In this document: piece after piece, positions 32,488 to 41,049 of the stretch
How positions within the stretch are numbered: position 1 is the stretch's first letter
Layout: each line of letters starts with the position of its first letter
Source: Tolypothrix carrinoi HA7290-LM1
GTDB taxonomy: Bacteria; Cyanobacteriota; Cyanobacteriia; Cyanobacteriales; Nostocaceae
Direction of reading: 5' to 3'
Assembly: GCA_019358935.1 (NCBI GenBank)
Contig: JAHHIK010000065.1
Span: forward strand, 1-48,507
DNA: 48,507 nucleotides
The notes under the pieces: generated by a model
Databases searched by the model: none
What the model was told of the DNA's origin: nothing
Seen by the model: the letters and a program-made list of their open reading frames with translations, nothing else
Translations under genes and position numbers: made by a program

Positions 32488-32582
32488 GTCATGGGTAATA
32501 GAAAATGGGTAATGGGGAAAAGCCCAATTACCTATTACCTATTACCTATTACCTATTACCAATTCCCTATTCCCAATTTAAA

Positions 32583-33671
32583 ATGCAACGTCCAATTTTA
32601 TACATTGCTATCACTAATCACGGCTTTGGTCATGCTACCCGCACTGCATCTGTAGCGGCAACAATTCAAAAGTTATGTCCCGAAGTCTTGTTAATTATGG
32701 TGACGACTGCACCGCGTTGGTTGCTAGAATGCTATATAGAAGGAGATTTTATTCATCGTCCCCGCGCATTTGATTTGGGTGTTGTGCAAGCAGACAGCTT
32801 GACAATGGATAAAGCAGCCACTTTAGAAAAGTTGCTGGAAATTAAGAAAAATCAGAATTCGTTGATTGCCTCTGAAGTCAACTTTATTCGCCAAAATCGC
32901 GTTAATCTGATTTTGGCAGATATTCCATTTCTCGCTTCCTTGATTGGTAAAGCAGCTAATATTCCTTGTTGGATGATGAGTAACTTTGGCTGGGACTTTA
33001 TCTACCGAAGTTGGGGAGGTGAGTTTGAAGAAATTGCTGATTGGATTAGTGAATGTTATTCAAAGTGCGATCGCTTGTTTCGTCTTCCCTTCCACGAACC
33101 GATGCAAGCTTTCCCAAATATCACAGATGTAGGTTTAACCGGTGGTTCTCCTCATTATCCGGCAGATGAATTACGATCTACTTGGGGAATAACTGCCCCA
33201 AGAGAAAAAACTATTTTACTCACTTTTGGTGGCTTGGGTTTGCAGCAAATTCCTTATGAAAATCTGCGACAATTTCCAGATTGGCAATTTATCGTCTTTG
33301 ATAAATCTGCCCCGGATTTACCTAATTTTGTGAAAATAACTGATAAAGCATATCGACCTGTAGATTTTATGCCCATTTGTGGACGAGTTGTTTCTAAACC
33401 TGGTTTCGGCACTTTTGCTGAAGCCACACGATTAGGAGTGCCAATTATTTCAGTAACTCGTGAAGACTTTGCCGAAGCTGCTTTTTTGTTAGAAGGTATT
33501 ACTAATTACCATCAGCATCAAATCCTTACTCCTAGAGAATTTTTTGCAGGTAATTGGGACTTTCTCAATCAGCCACCCCAGCAACCAAAGCAATCTCAAC
33601 CTGTTGCTAAAGATGGTAATGAAGCTATAGCTAAAGCCGTTATCGATTACTTACAGCAACAAAAAAACTAA
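32583..33671 (+). CDS. GT-B fold glycosyltransferase-like protein
   Basis: HGFGHATR, LTFGGLG, VVSKPGFGTFAEA. The true start is probably MQRP at 32583; the upstream extension is translated STRR. Confidence 0.8.
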   Translation: MQRPILYIAITNHGFGHATRTASVAATIQKLCPEVLLIMVTTAPRWLLECYIEGDFIHRPRAFDLGVVQADSLTMDKAATLEKLLEIKKNQNSLIASEVNFIRQNRVNLILADIPFLASLIGKAANIPCWMMSNFGWDFIYRSWGGEFEEIADWISECYSKCDRLFRLPFHEPMQAFPNITDVGLTGGSPHYPADELRSTWGITAPREKTILLTFGGLGLQQIPYENLRQFPDWQFIVFDKSAPDLPNFVKITDKAYRPVDFMPICGRVVSKPGFGTFAEATRLGVPIISVTREDFAEAAFLLEGITNYHQHQILTPREFFAGNWDFLNQPPQQPKQSQPVAKDGNEAIAKAVIDYLQQQKN

Positions 33672-33672
33672 A

Positions 33673-33750
33673 CAACTAACCACTATCCACTATCGACTAT
33701 CCACTATCCACTATCCACTATCCACCATCCACTATCCACTATCCACTAAC
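33673..33750. repeat. STRR heptamer tract (CTATCCA)n
   Basis: About 10 tandem heptamers. Confidence 0.85.
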
Positions 33751-33756
33751 AATTTT

Positions 33757-34167
33757 ATGCACTACCAAAAATTACTAAGAATTCCCACCACTGGCAAATC
33801 TTTGTATAATATAACGTCAAAAATTGAGGCGATAGTTGCAGAATCAAATGTGGAAATCGGGCTTTGTACGCTATTTTTACGCCACACCTCAGCTAGTTTA
33901 CTGATTCAAGAAAATGCCGATCCAGATGTACTTTTGGATCTCGCTAATTTTATGGCAAAAATCGTGCCAGAATCAGCTAAGTATATCCACGATGCTGAAG
34001 GTCCCGATGATATGCCAGCACACATCCGCACCGCGCTTACTCATACCTCAGAACACATCCCCATCAATCGAGGTCATTTGGTGCTGGGAACTTGGCAAGG
34101 AATTTACATTTGGGAACATCGGCAACGCAGTCATACTAGAGAATTGGTTGTCCATATTTCTGGATGA
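33757..34167 (+). CDS. yjbQ: YjbQ/UPF0047 family protein
   Basis: HTSASLLIQENADPDV, EGPDDMPAHIR, LGTWQGIYIWEHR. Confidence 0.92.
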   Translation: MHYQKLLRIPTTGKSLYNITSKIEAIVAESNVEIGLCTLFLRHTSASLLIQENADPDVLLDLANFMAKIVPESAKYIHDAEGPDDMPAHIRTALTHTSEHIPINRGHLVLGTWQGIYIWEHRQRSHTRELVVHISG

Positions 34168-34314
34168 CAAATTGAATGCAATAAGTATAGTGACTAAAAA
34201 GTTAAGTTTATTCCTGTTTGATTTACTTCCGATCTACTGCTCGATTAAACTAAGATTTGTTGCTTTGTGCAGCAGTTTATAAAACTGTAAACTGCTGGAG
34301 TTATTTATATTTAT

Positions 34315-35058
34315 ATGAAGCAAAATATGACACCTATTCATAGTTTCAGTATTCTTGATGAAATCATTGCCCAGCAGTCTATTAATCAGTTGTCTCTCAA
34401 TCCACAGAAAACTTTAGCTACCAGTTTTGTGGAATTGGGAAGTTTAGTTACTGAAAAAACTAATGACATTCAACTAATAACATTTTTACAAAATAGTTTA
34501 AAGCAAATAATTTCGGCTTATTTGGACAACTTCCCAGAAAACATTTTCTGGGATTTTGATTTTTTGGTAAGTAGTATGTTCAGGCAGGCTTTGGTAGCAA
34601 ATGATGCTGTTGATTTTTTAAAATGTTTTGGTAACAAGATAGTATCGCTGCTGGAGTTATTCGGAAGTGAAAGTGAAATACGCTTTCGTTACGTCCACGA
34701 CTTTATATATGGGTTTGACTGGGCAAGATGGGTGCAAAAAAAACCAGAAACTCGCGCCACAGAAGAACCTTTTAGTTTAAATTTTTTAGATTATTTGCTT
34801 GCTAAAGGTGAGAAAATTTTGCAACTCATCTGTGATGATAAAGCTAATTATTATAAACCTTGTGATAAAGGCTATCGCAATCCTTATTGCTTTTCTCGCG
34901 AACCAGAGGATGAACGCCGTCTGTTAAGTTATCTTGCTGTTAATCAACTTATTCCGGTGACAGCATGGAATTGGAATGCTCAACCAGTATGGAATAAACC
35001 TTTTCAGCAACTTCGCGAAGAGTTATCATTAAAGCTGAATATTCCGAATAAGAGTTAA
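34315..35058 (+). CDS. hypothetical protein
   Basis: 247-aa ORF containing the aromatic-rich segments FPENIFWDFD and IRFRYVHDFIYGFDWARWV; function not recognisable. Confidence 0.7.
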   Translation: MKQNMTPIHSFSILDEIIAQQSINQLSLNPQKTLATSFVELGSLVTEKTNDIQLITFLQNSLKQIISAYLDNFPENIFWDFDFLVSSMFRQALVANDAVDFLKCFGNKIVSLLELFGSESEIRFRYVHDFIYGFDWARWVQKKPETRATEEPFSLNFLDYLLAKGEKILQLICDDKANYYKPCDKGYRNPYCFSREPEDERRLLSYLAVNQLIPVTAWNWNAQPVWNKPFQQLREELSLKLNIPNKS

Positions 35059-35163
35059 TTGCTGGTTGTTGGTTGGAGCGTTGTTAGTTGTTAGTTGTTA
35101 GTTGTTGGTGAGCCACTGCGTTGGTCTGGGCAATTGACTTTTTCATCCAGATGTATATTAACC

Positions 35164-36705
35164 GTGTCTAAACTAGATTTAGCTTCTATCAGTAAACCAA
35201 AAACTGAGTCTGGGATTAATTCCGACTTGCTCCACCCTGTTACGCCAAACGAGTTTTTACCCCCCATTAGTCGCTGGAGTACTGTTGGAGGAGTTGTACT
35301 CTTAGGGATTTTTGGTGCTGTTATTATGCTTGCAGCCATCTGCAAATATAAAGTCATTATTAAAGCTCCAGCGACGATTCGCCCGACTGGAGAATTGCGC
35401 TTAGTGCAAGCAGCAACAGAAGGAAGAATTAAAAGTATTGCTGTGCAGGCTAATCATGTGCTCAAACAAGGGGATGTCATCGCCACAATTGACGATTCTC
35501 GCCTACAAACCCAAAAAAAGCAACTGCTCACCAATATTCAACAAGCTAGACTTCAACTATCTCAACTTGATGCCCAAATTCGTGCAATAGAAGCACAGAT
35601 AGCAGCCCAAAGCGATCGCACTAATCGTGATGTCACTTCAGTACAAGCAGAACTTAGCCGCAGCCAAAGGGATTTAAAAGACAAGCAAATTAACTCAATT
35701 GCTCAAGCAACAGAAGCGGCAGCCAATTTAAAACAAGCTCAAAAGGAATGGCAGAAAACACAGTTAAAGTTGAAATCAGCTTTGGCAAATTTCAAGTCTA
35801 GTGAGGCTGCTTTCAAAGCAGCAAAGGCAAAACGAGACAGATATCAGCCCTTAGCCCAAAGCGGATCGATTTCAATAGATCAATTCCAAGAAGCACAGCT
35901 AGCAGTTGAGCAACAAGAACAACTCCTAGAGTCGCAAAAAGCTACAGTCCAAGAGTATCGAGAAGCAATTGGGCAGCAACAACAAGCTATAGAAGCAGCC
36001 AAAGCTAGACAGCAAGTAGCATTAATTTCCCTTAATCCCAGCGATGCCAGCGTGGTCATCTCAAAAGAGAAAATTGCCGCAGAAATCGCCACAGGTAAAA
36101 TCAACCTTGCAGGGTTAAACCGAGAAAGAGAGCAAACGATACAACAAAAAGTTGAAATTCAAAAGCAATTGAGCAGCAATACACAACAACTTCAACAAGT
36201 CAATAGAGAAATTACCGATACTATTATTCGTGCCTCTGCCTCTGGCACTATCCACGAACTCAATCTGCGTAACCCTCAACAAGTACTACGCTCTGGTGAT
36301 GTAATTGCCAAAATTGCTCCTAGTGATTCACCTTTGGTAATTAAAGCCTTAGTAGCATCTGAGGAAATTCCGCAAGTAAAAACAGGTCAAAGGGTGGAAA
36401 TACGAGTTGCTGGTTGTTCCTATACCGACTACGGCACTCTTTCAGGGAAAGTCAAAGCCATTTCTCCAGATGCGATACCTACACTAAGCTACGAAAATCG
36501 CACCTCTACTCAAGATGCTAGTAGCACAACTACAAAAACAGGCACTTACGAGGTCACTATTCAGCCTGAAAATATGGAATTAACCGCTGGAAGTCGCAAG
36601 TGTGCTATTCAATCCGGTATGGAGGGGAGGGCAGATATTATTTCCCGTCAAGAGACGGTTTTGACATTTGTGTTACGAAAGGCAAGACTGCTGACGGACT
36701 TGTAA
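35164..36705 (+). CDS. HlyD-family periplasmic adaptor (membrane fusion protein)
   Basis: N-terminal transmembrane segment, IRPTGELRLVQAATEG, a long coiled coil, IRASASG, YGTLSGKV.AISPD, GMEGRADI. GTG at 35164 is the likely start. Confidence 0.9.
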   Translation: MSKLDLASISKPKTESGINSDLLHPVTPNEFLPPISRWSTVGGVVLLGIFGAVIMLAAICKYKVIIKAPATIRPTGELRLVQAATEGRIKSIAVQANHVLKQGDVIATIDDSRLQTQKKQLLTNIQQARLQLSQLDAQIRAIEAQIAAQSDRTNRDVTSVQAELSRSQRDLKDKQINSIAQATEAAANLKQAQKEWQKTQLKLKSALANFKSSEAAFKAAKAKRDRYQPLAQSGSISIDQFQEAQLAVEQQEQLLESQKATVQEYREAIGQQQQAIEAAKARQQVALISLNPSDASVVISKEKIAAEIATGKINLAGLNREREQTIQQKVEIQKQLSSNTQQLQQVNREITDTIIRASASGTIHELNLRNPQQVLRSGDVIAKIAPSDSPLVIKALVASEEIPQVKTGQRVEIRVAGCSYTDYGTLSGKVKAISPDAIPTLSYENRTSTQDASSTTTKTGTYEVTIQPENMELTAGSRKCAIQSGMEGRADIISRQETVLTFVLRKARLLTDL

Positions 36706-36710
36706 TGGGA

Positions 36711-36833
36711 CTAGTGTTCCAACTCATTCTTGATTTCTCTTCCTTCTCCTTCGGAGACGCCAAGGGCGAACGCGTACTTGGCGCCTTTGCGGTTAGTTTT
36801 TTCCCTATCATAATTAATGCGATAGACCACTAG
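36711..36833. repeat. possible MITE-like element of about 120 bp between hlyD and the ABC transporter
   Basis: Bounded by CTAGTG...CACTAG; the internal CTTTGCGGTTAGTTTT resembles the interior of 11731..11824. Confidence 0.4.
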
Positions 36834-36905
36834 ATGAAAATATGAAAAGTTCACCAAGCTGTGCGTGAGCGGTAAGCCAGACGATCCTAAGCTGTTAAAA
36901 TTTCA

Positions 36906-39050
36906 ATGAAATATGCAATTGTTCTCCAACACAGCGAAGAAGACTGCGGTGCAGCGTGTCTTGCCACCGTAGCTAAATCCTATGGACGTAAATTTGCTAT
37001 CTCGCGTATCCGTGAGGCAGTTGGCACTGGGCAGTTAGGAACAACGCTTTTGGGGTTACGTCGAGGGGCGGAAATTTTAGGCTTTAATGCCCGTTCTGTC
37101 AAAGCTACACCTTTGCTTATCGATCGCCTTAACGAAGCTCCTCTACCAGCCATTATTCACTGGAAGGGCTATCACTGGGTTGTTCTACATGAACGCAAAG
37201 GCAAAAAGTACGTCGTTGCAGACCCGGCAATAGGTGTGCGCTATCTTACCCGTGAGGCGCTTACAGAGTCCTGGATGAATGGGGTGATGCTGCTGTTAGT
37301 GCCAGATGAGAGCCGCTTCTACGAGCAACCTAATGACCGGATTGCTGGCTTTGGGCGCTTCTTACGTCGCATTTGGCACTATCGCCACCTAGTTGCCGAA
37401 ATTCTACCCCTAAACCTGGTAATTGGGCTGCTTTCTTTGGCATTTCCCCTGTTGATTCAGGTACTTACTGATGACGTATTGGTGCGAAGAGATACTGAAC
37501 TACTGGTGACAGTGGCGATCGCTGTCTCTGCGATGATTCTCTTCAGTAGTCTGTTGCGCCTCATTCAAGCACATCTGGTAGCTCATTTTGCCCAACGCTT
37601 AGAACTAGGATTGGCTTTAGAATTTGGTCGCCAAATTCTGCAACTTCCCCTCAGCTACTACGAATCTCATCGCAGTGGGGAGATCGTCAGCCGTTTGCGG
37701 GACATTCGAGAAATTAATTTGTTGATTTCCCAAGTAGTCACCACTTTGCCTAGTGAGTTATTCGTCGCTTTGGTGTCCTTGGGGTTAATGCTGGTGTACA
37801 GCTGGCAGCTTACCATCGCGGCGATCGCAGTAGCTTTTCTCATGAGTCTATCAACCATAGTCTTCTTGCCTGCTTTACAACAGAAGACCCGTGATGTCTT
37901 AGTTACTGATACAGAAAACCAAGGACTTTTAGTTGAGACTTTCAAGGGTGCTTTAACCCTCAAAACTACTAATGCCTCACCTCAAGCTTGGGAAGAACTG
38001 CAAAGTCGCTTCGGTTCCCTGGCAAATGTCACCTTCAGATTGTTACATATCAGTATTGTCAATGGCGTCTTTTCTAACCTAATCTCTGAGATGGGTTTTC
38101 TTGCTATTCTCTGTTTTGGCAGCATTTTAGTCATTCGGCGAGAACTTACCATCGGTCAACTGCTGGCATTCAACGGTATGAATCGCAACTTCATAGCACT
38201 GATTACTACCGCAATCAACTTTGTTGACGAGTTCGCCCGTGTCCAAACTGCTACCCAACGCCTAAGTGACATCATCGACGCTAAAGCAGAGGTTCGGGAT
38301 AATGCCCCTCAAGATTGGGCAGAGATTCCTGCTGATGCTGACATTACCTGTAAGGATCTCAACTTCCATCACGTTGGTCGAGTAGACTTGCTGCAAGACT
38401 TTTCTATTACTATCCCTGGTGGAAAGGTGACAGCGCTCATTGGCAAGTCTGGCTGTGGTAAAAGTACACTAGCAAAACTAATTGCCTGTCTTTACACGCT
38501 GCAATCTGGCAATATCCGCTTTGGGCGTTACAATCAATCTGACCTGTCTTTAGATTGTTTGCGTCAACAAGTTATCCTCATACCTCAAGAAGCGCACTTC
38601 TGGAGCCGTTCAATTATCGATAACTTTCGCTTCAGCTACCCTCATGCGACTTTAGAGCAAGTGGTAAATGCTTGTGAGATTGCTGGTGCTGACGATTTCA
38701 TCAGCGAACTACCAGACAAATATCAGACTGTACTGGGTGAGTTTGGGGCAAATCTTTCAGGGGGACAACGGCAAAGGTTAGCGATCGCTCGTGCAATTGT
38801 CACCGATCCACCCGTCCTAATTTTAGATGAATCCACTGGCGCACTCGACCCGGTGACGGAAGCCGAGGTACTCGACAAACTACTGGCACATCGTCAAGGC
38901 AAAACAACAATAATGATTAGCCATCGTCCGAGAGTAATTCAGCGAGCAAATTGGATTGTCCTGCTGGATAAAGGTGAACTCAAACTAACAGGAACCCCGG
39001 AAGAGTTGAGCCAACTTCCGGGGGAACATCGGGATTTTTTGAATCCGTAA
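36906..39050 (+). CDS. peptidase-containing ABC transporter (C39 + TMD + NBD), double-glycine peptide exporter
   Basis: QHSEEDCGAACL (catalytic Cys), HWVV (His), VADP (Asp), GKSGCGKST, LSGGQRQR, ILDE. Confidence 0.95.
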   Translation: MKYAIVLQHSEEDCGAACLATVAKSYGRKFAISRIREAVGTGQLGTTLLGLRRGAEILGFNARSVKATPLLIDRLNEAPLPAIIHWKGYHWVVLHERKGKKYVVADPAIGVRYLTREALTESWMNGVMLLLVPDESRFYEQPNDRIAGFGRFLRRIWHYRHLVAEILPLNLVIGLLSLAFPLLIQVLTDDVLVRRDTELLVTVAIAVSAMILFSSLLRLIQAHLVAHFAQRLELGLALEFGRQILQLPLSYYESHRSGEIVSRLRDIREINLLISQVVTTLPSELFVALVSLGLMLVYSWQLTIAAIAVAFLMSLSTIVFLPALQQKTRDVLVTDTENQGLLVETFKGALTLKTTNASPQAWEELQSRFGSLANVTFRLLHISIVNGVFSNLISEMGFLAILCFGSILVIRRELTIGQLLAFNGMNRNFIALITTAINFVDEFARVQTATQRLSDIIDAKAEVRDNAPQDWAEIPADADITCKDLNFHHVGRVDLLQDFSITIPGGKVTALIGKSGCGKSTLAKLIACLYTLQSGNIRFGRYNQSDLSLDCLRQQVILIPQEAHFWSRSIIDNFRFSYPHATLEQVVNACEIAGADDFISELPDKYQTVLGEFGANLSGGQRQRLAIARAIVTDPPVLILDESTGALDPVTEAEVLDKLLAHRQGKTTIMISHRPRVIQRANWIVLLDKGELKLTGTPEELSQLPGEHRDFLNP

Positions 39051-39091
39051 ATTATAGAGAAATAGCTGTGTTTAGTTAATTCATCCCGCAT

Positions 39092-39328
39092 TTATGCAAC
39101 GCCGTCTAATTCCATATAAAATTTAGAGTTTGTTAAAAATTCAACAGTGCTAACAGTAATATTTCCTCCTGGTGCCTTAAGAGATCCTGTATCAGTAACG
39201 ATCTTGCTGACAACTCCTCCTGACAATAACTCCTCATCATGTTCAGCTAATGGCACAATAAGTTTTGCCTCATATGAGGTAGTCAAGGTAGGCTGCAACA
39301 CATTTTTCTTGGGGATTTGGCGAAACAT
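39092..39328 (-). CDS. double-glycine leader peptide A (38-aa leader, 40-aa core)
   Basis: LIVPLAEHDEELLSGG|VVSKIVTDTGSLKAPGGNITVSTVEFLTNSKFYMELDGVA; RBS AAGGAGTT. Confidence 0.85.
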   Translation of the reverse strand: MFRQIPKKNVLQPTLTTSYEAKLIVPLAEHDEELLSGGVVSKIVTDTGSLKAPGGNITVSTVEFLTNSKFYMELDGVA

Positions 39329-39360
39329 TGTTTGAACTCCTTTGTGGTTTTAAAATCAAT

Positions 39361-39582
39361 TTATTGTTTTGCTTTATTTACCTGACTCAGCAATGAGGGG
39401 AGCGCGATCGCACTAGAAGTCGTGTCACCCGTTGCTGTAATAGTGATATTTCCTCCTTGCGAGGAATTCCCTCCTGACAAGGACTCCTCGCTGTATTCGT
39501 CTAAATCAACAACTATTTCCGAGAATTCTTTAATATTCAAGCTATGCTTTAATCGGTTTTGAATTAGAGACTTGTTAAACAT
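39361..39582 (-). CDS. double-glycine leader peptide B (38-aa leader, 35-aa core)
   Basis: IVVDLDEYSEESLSGG|NSSQGGNITITATGDTTSSAIALPSLLSQVNKAKQ; RBS AAGGAGTT. Confidence 0.85.
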   Translation of the reverse strand: MFNKSLIQNRLKHSLNIKEFSEIVVDLDEYSEESLSGGNSSQGGNITITATGDTTSSAIALPSLLSQVNKAKQ

Positions 39583-39627
39583 ATTTCAACTCCTTTTTAT
39601 ACTGCTTTGAAAAAACATCTGAGCTTA

Positions 39628-39792
39628 TTACTTAATTAGAGTTGTTCTTGACTGGCTTACATGAGTTAATTCATGCGATCTTAATTCATGGGATATTGCT
39701 CCTCCTCGACAATTGCTGGCTTCAATTTCATAAATCTCTCGATATAAGCTTCGATCCAATTGCAATAGCTTTTCTTTAGATTTCGTACTCAT
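39628..39792 (-). CDS. double-glycine leader peptide C (54 aa; not in the ORF track)
   Basis: Hand translation: MSTKSKEKLLQLDRSLYREIYEIEASNCRGG|AISHELRSHELTHVSQSRTTLIK*. Confidence 0.7.
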   Translation of the reverse strand: MSTKSKEKLLQLDRSLYREIYEIEASNCRGGAISHELRSHELTHVSQSRTTLIK

Positions 39793-39852
39793 GATTACTG
39801 TTCAAAAGAATCTTATTAAGGTATTTTATTGCTTCCCCAATTATCAGTGCGA

Positions 39853-39978
39853 TTAACCAATGCAACTGAATGCGTCCAACGCCCCGCCCAGGATTTTTTC
39901 CTGTTGGCGATCGCTCAAGTCTTGCCAAAGTCTTTTAGAAGGGTTTGATGAATTTTGAAGTGGTTGCTTGCGAAACAT
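39853..39978 (-). CDS. leader peptide D (41 aa; not in the ORF track; AG in place of GG)
   Basis: Hand translation: MFRKQPLQNSSNPSKRLWQDLSDRQQEKILAG|ALDAFSCIG*; strong RBS AAGGAGGT. Confidence 0.75.
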   Translation of the reverse strand: MFRKQPLQNSSNPSKRLWQDLSDRQQEKILGGALDAFSCIG

Positions 39979-40105
39979 GGCTACCTCCTTTGTTATTACT
40001 TATACTCTAACTCCAACGCATCCTAACTGAATATATCGCAAATGGTATTACATCAGGGTGGGAACGCTATAACCCTCGTATTGGCGGACTCGGTGGATGA
40101 GAAAT

Positions 40106-40315
40106 TTATAAGGTTAATATCAATGTTCCTCTAATTTTTCCTTCTGGTTCTGGTTGTCTAGCTCGATCCACTTCGTCAATCAATTCGCCTTTATTCATGC
40201 CTCCAGAAAGCTTTTCTGCTTGTTGGTCATTTAATTCTTGCCAAAGCTTTCTTTTCATCGTCACATTTTCTTGGGAGCTAAACTTTGGATTGGTGCAATT
40301 ATTATCTGTGTTCAT
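40106..40315 (-). CDS. double-glycine leader peptide E (39-aa leader, 30-aa core)
   Basis: Start at MNTDNN (RBS AAGGA); KLWQELNDQQAEKLSGG|MNKGELIDEVDRARQPEPEGKIRGTLILTL. Confidence 0.85.
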   Translation of the reverse strand: MNTDNNCTNPKFSSQENVTMKRKLWQELNDQQAEKLSGGMNKGELIDEVDRARQPEPEGKIRGTLILTL

Positions 40316-40328
40316 ATATTCAGTTTCC

Positions 40329-40505
40329 TTATGCGCTAAAGGGATTGGGGAAAAGTAGGACAAGAGCATTATTTGGCGGTTTGACAGATGAGCCACCAGA
40401 CAATGACTCTTCATTGTATTCATCTAGTTCCACCACAATTTTTGACAATGAGGAATTGTTTGTAAGATTTTGTGATGAATGCTTAATTGATTTCTTACCA
40501 AACAT
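40329..40505 (-). CDS. double-glycine leader peptide F (38-aa leader, 20-aa core)
   Basis: Start at MFGKK after AAGGAGTT; IVVELDEYNEESLSGG|SSVKPPNNALVLLFPNPFSA. Confidence 0.85.
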   Translation of the reverse strand: MFGKKSIKHSSQNLTNNSSLSKIVVELDEYNEESLSGGSSVKPPNNALVLLFPNPFSA

Positions 40506-40647
40506 TTTTAACTCCTTAGCTATGTCTAATTTTACAAGTATGATTAGATGCGATCGCTCACGACTAAAAGTAGCTTTGGATGAATCGCCAAGATTATTAG
40601 ACATTTTCTTCTCATGAACAACTTTTTGTCAGCTTTAGTAAATGCGA

Positions 40648-40677
40648 TCGCGATACTCCATTTTTGCGGAGTATCGC
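40648..40677. terminator. hairpin inside the peptide array, between G and F
   Basis: GCGATACTCC-N8-GGAGTATCGC. Confidence 0.45.
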
Positions 40678-40718
40678 ACAAATCACCCTACAAAGTTAGT
40701 TGAATATCTCATTACACT

Positions 40719-40931
40719 TCAGCAAACTTTGCCTGGTTGACAATTCCAGCCAATTTCGTAAGTATACTCCCAATTTTTCCACTTAATCCCATTTGAAGCA
40801 CCACCCCTAACTAGTTCTTGGGTATTTTCACTAAGTTCACACCACAAGTCGTTTGAGAGATTTTCTTTAGAGAAAATATCTTCTACTTTTAGAGAAGCGG
40901 TTTTTTGGGCTGGATTATTTTTTTGTATCAT
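40719..40931 (-). CDS. double-glycine leader peptide G (44-aa leader, 26-aa Trp/Cys-rich core)
   Basis: LWCELSENTQELVRGG|ASNGIKWKNWEYTYEIGWNCQPGKVC; RBS AAGGAGTT. Confidence 0.85.
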   Translation of the reverse strand: MIQKNNPAQKTASLKVEDIFSKENLSNDLWCELSENTQELVRGGASNGIKWKNWEYTYEIGWNCQPGKVC

Positions 40932-41049
40932 TTCTAACTCCTTTCTTTTGATTTTAGTTTTTCTTGTTTACAGTAGAAGCCGTAGCGTGTGCTAGCCAAT
41001 GCCTGTGATGCGTTACGATAAGCGCTACAATTGCGTTGGATGCTACGAA

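Noticed and set aside
39092..40931. Lanthipeptide, cyanobactin or microviridin RiPP cluster
   Set aside because: No modifying enzymes are present in the locus, and the cores lack a shared Cys/Ser/Thr pattern or the microviridin TxKxPSD motif. Modification in trans cannot be excluded.
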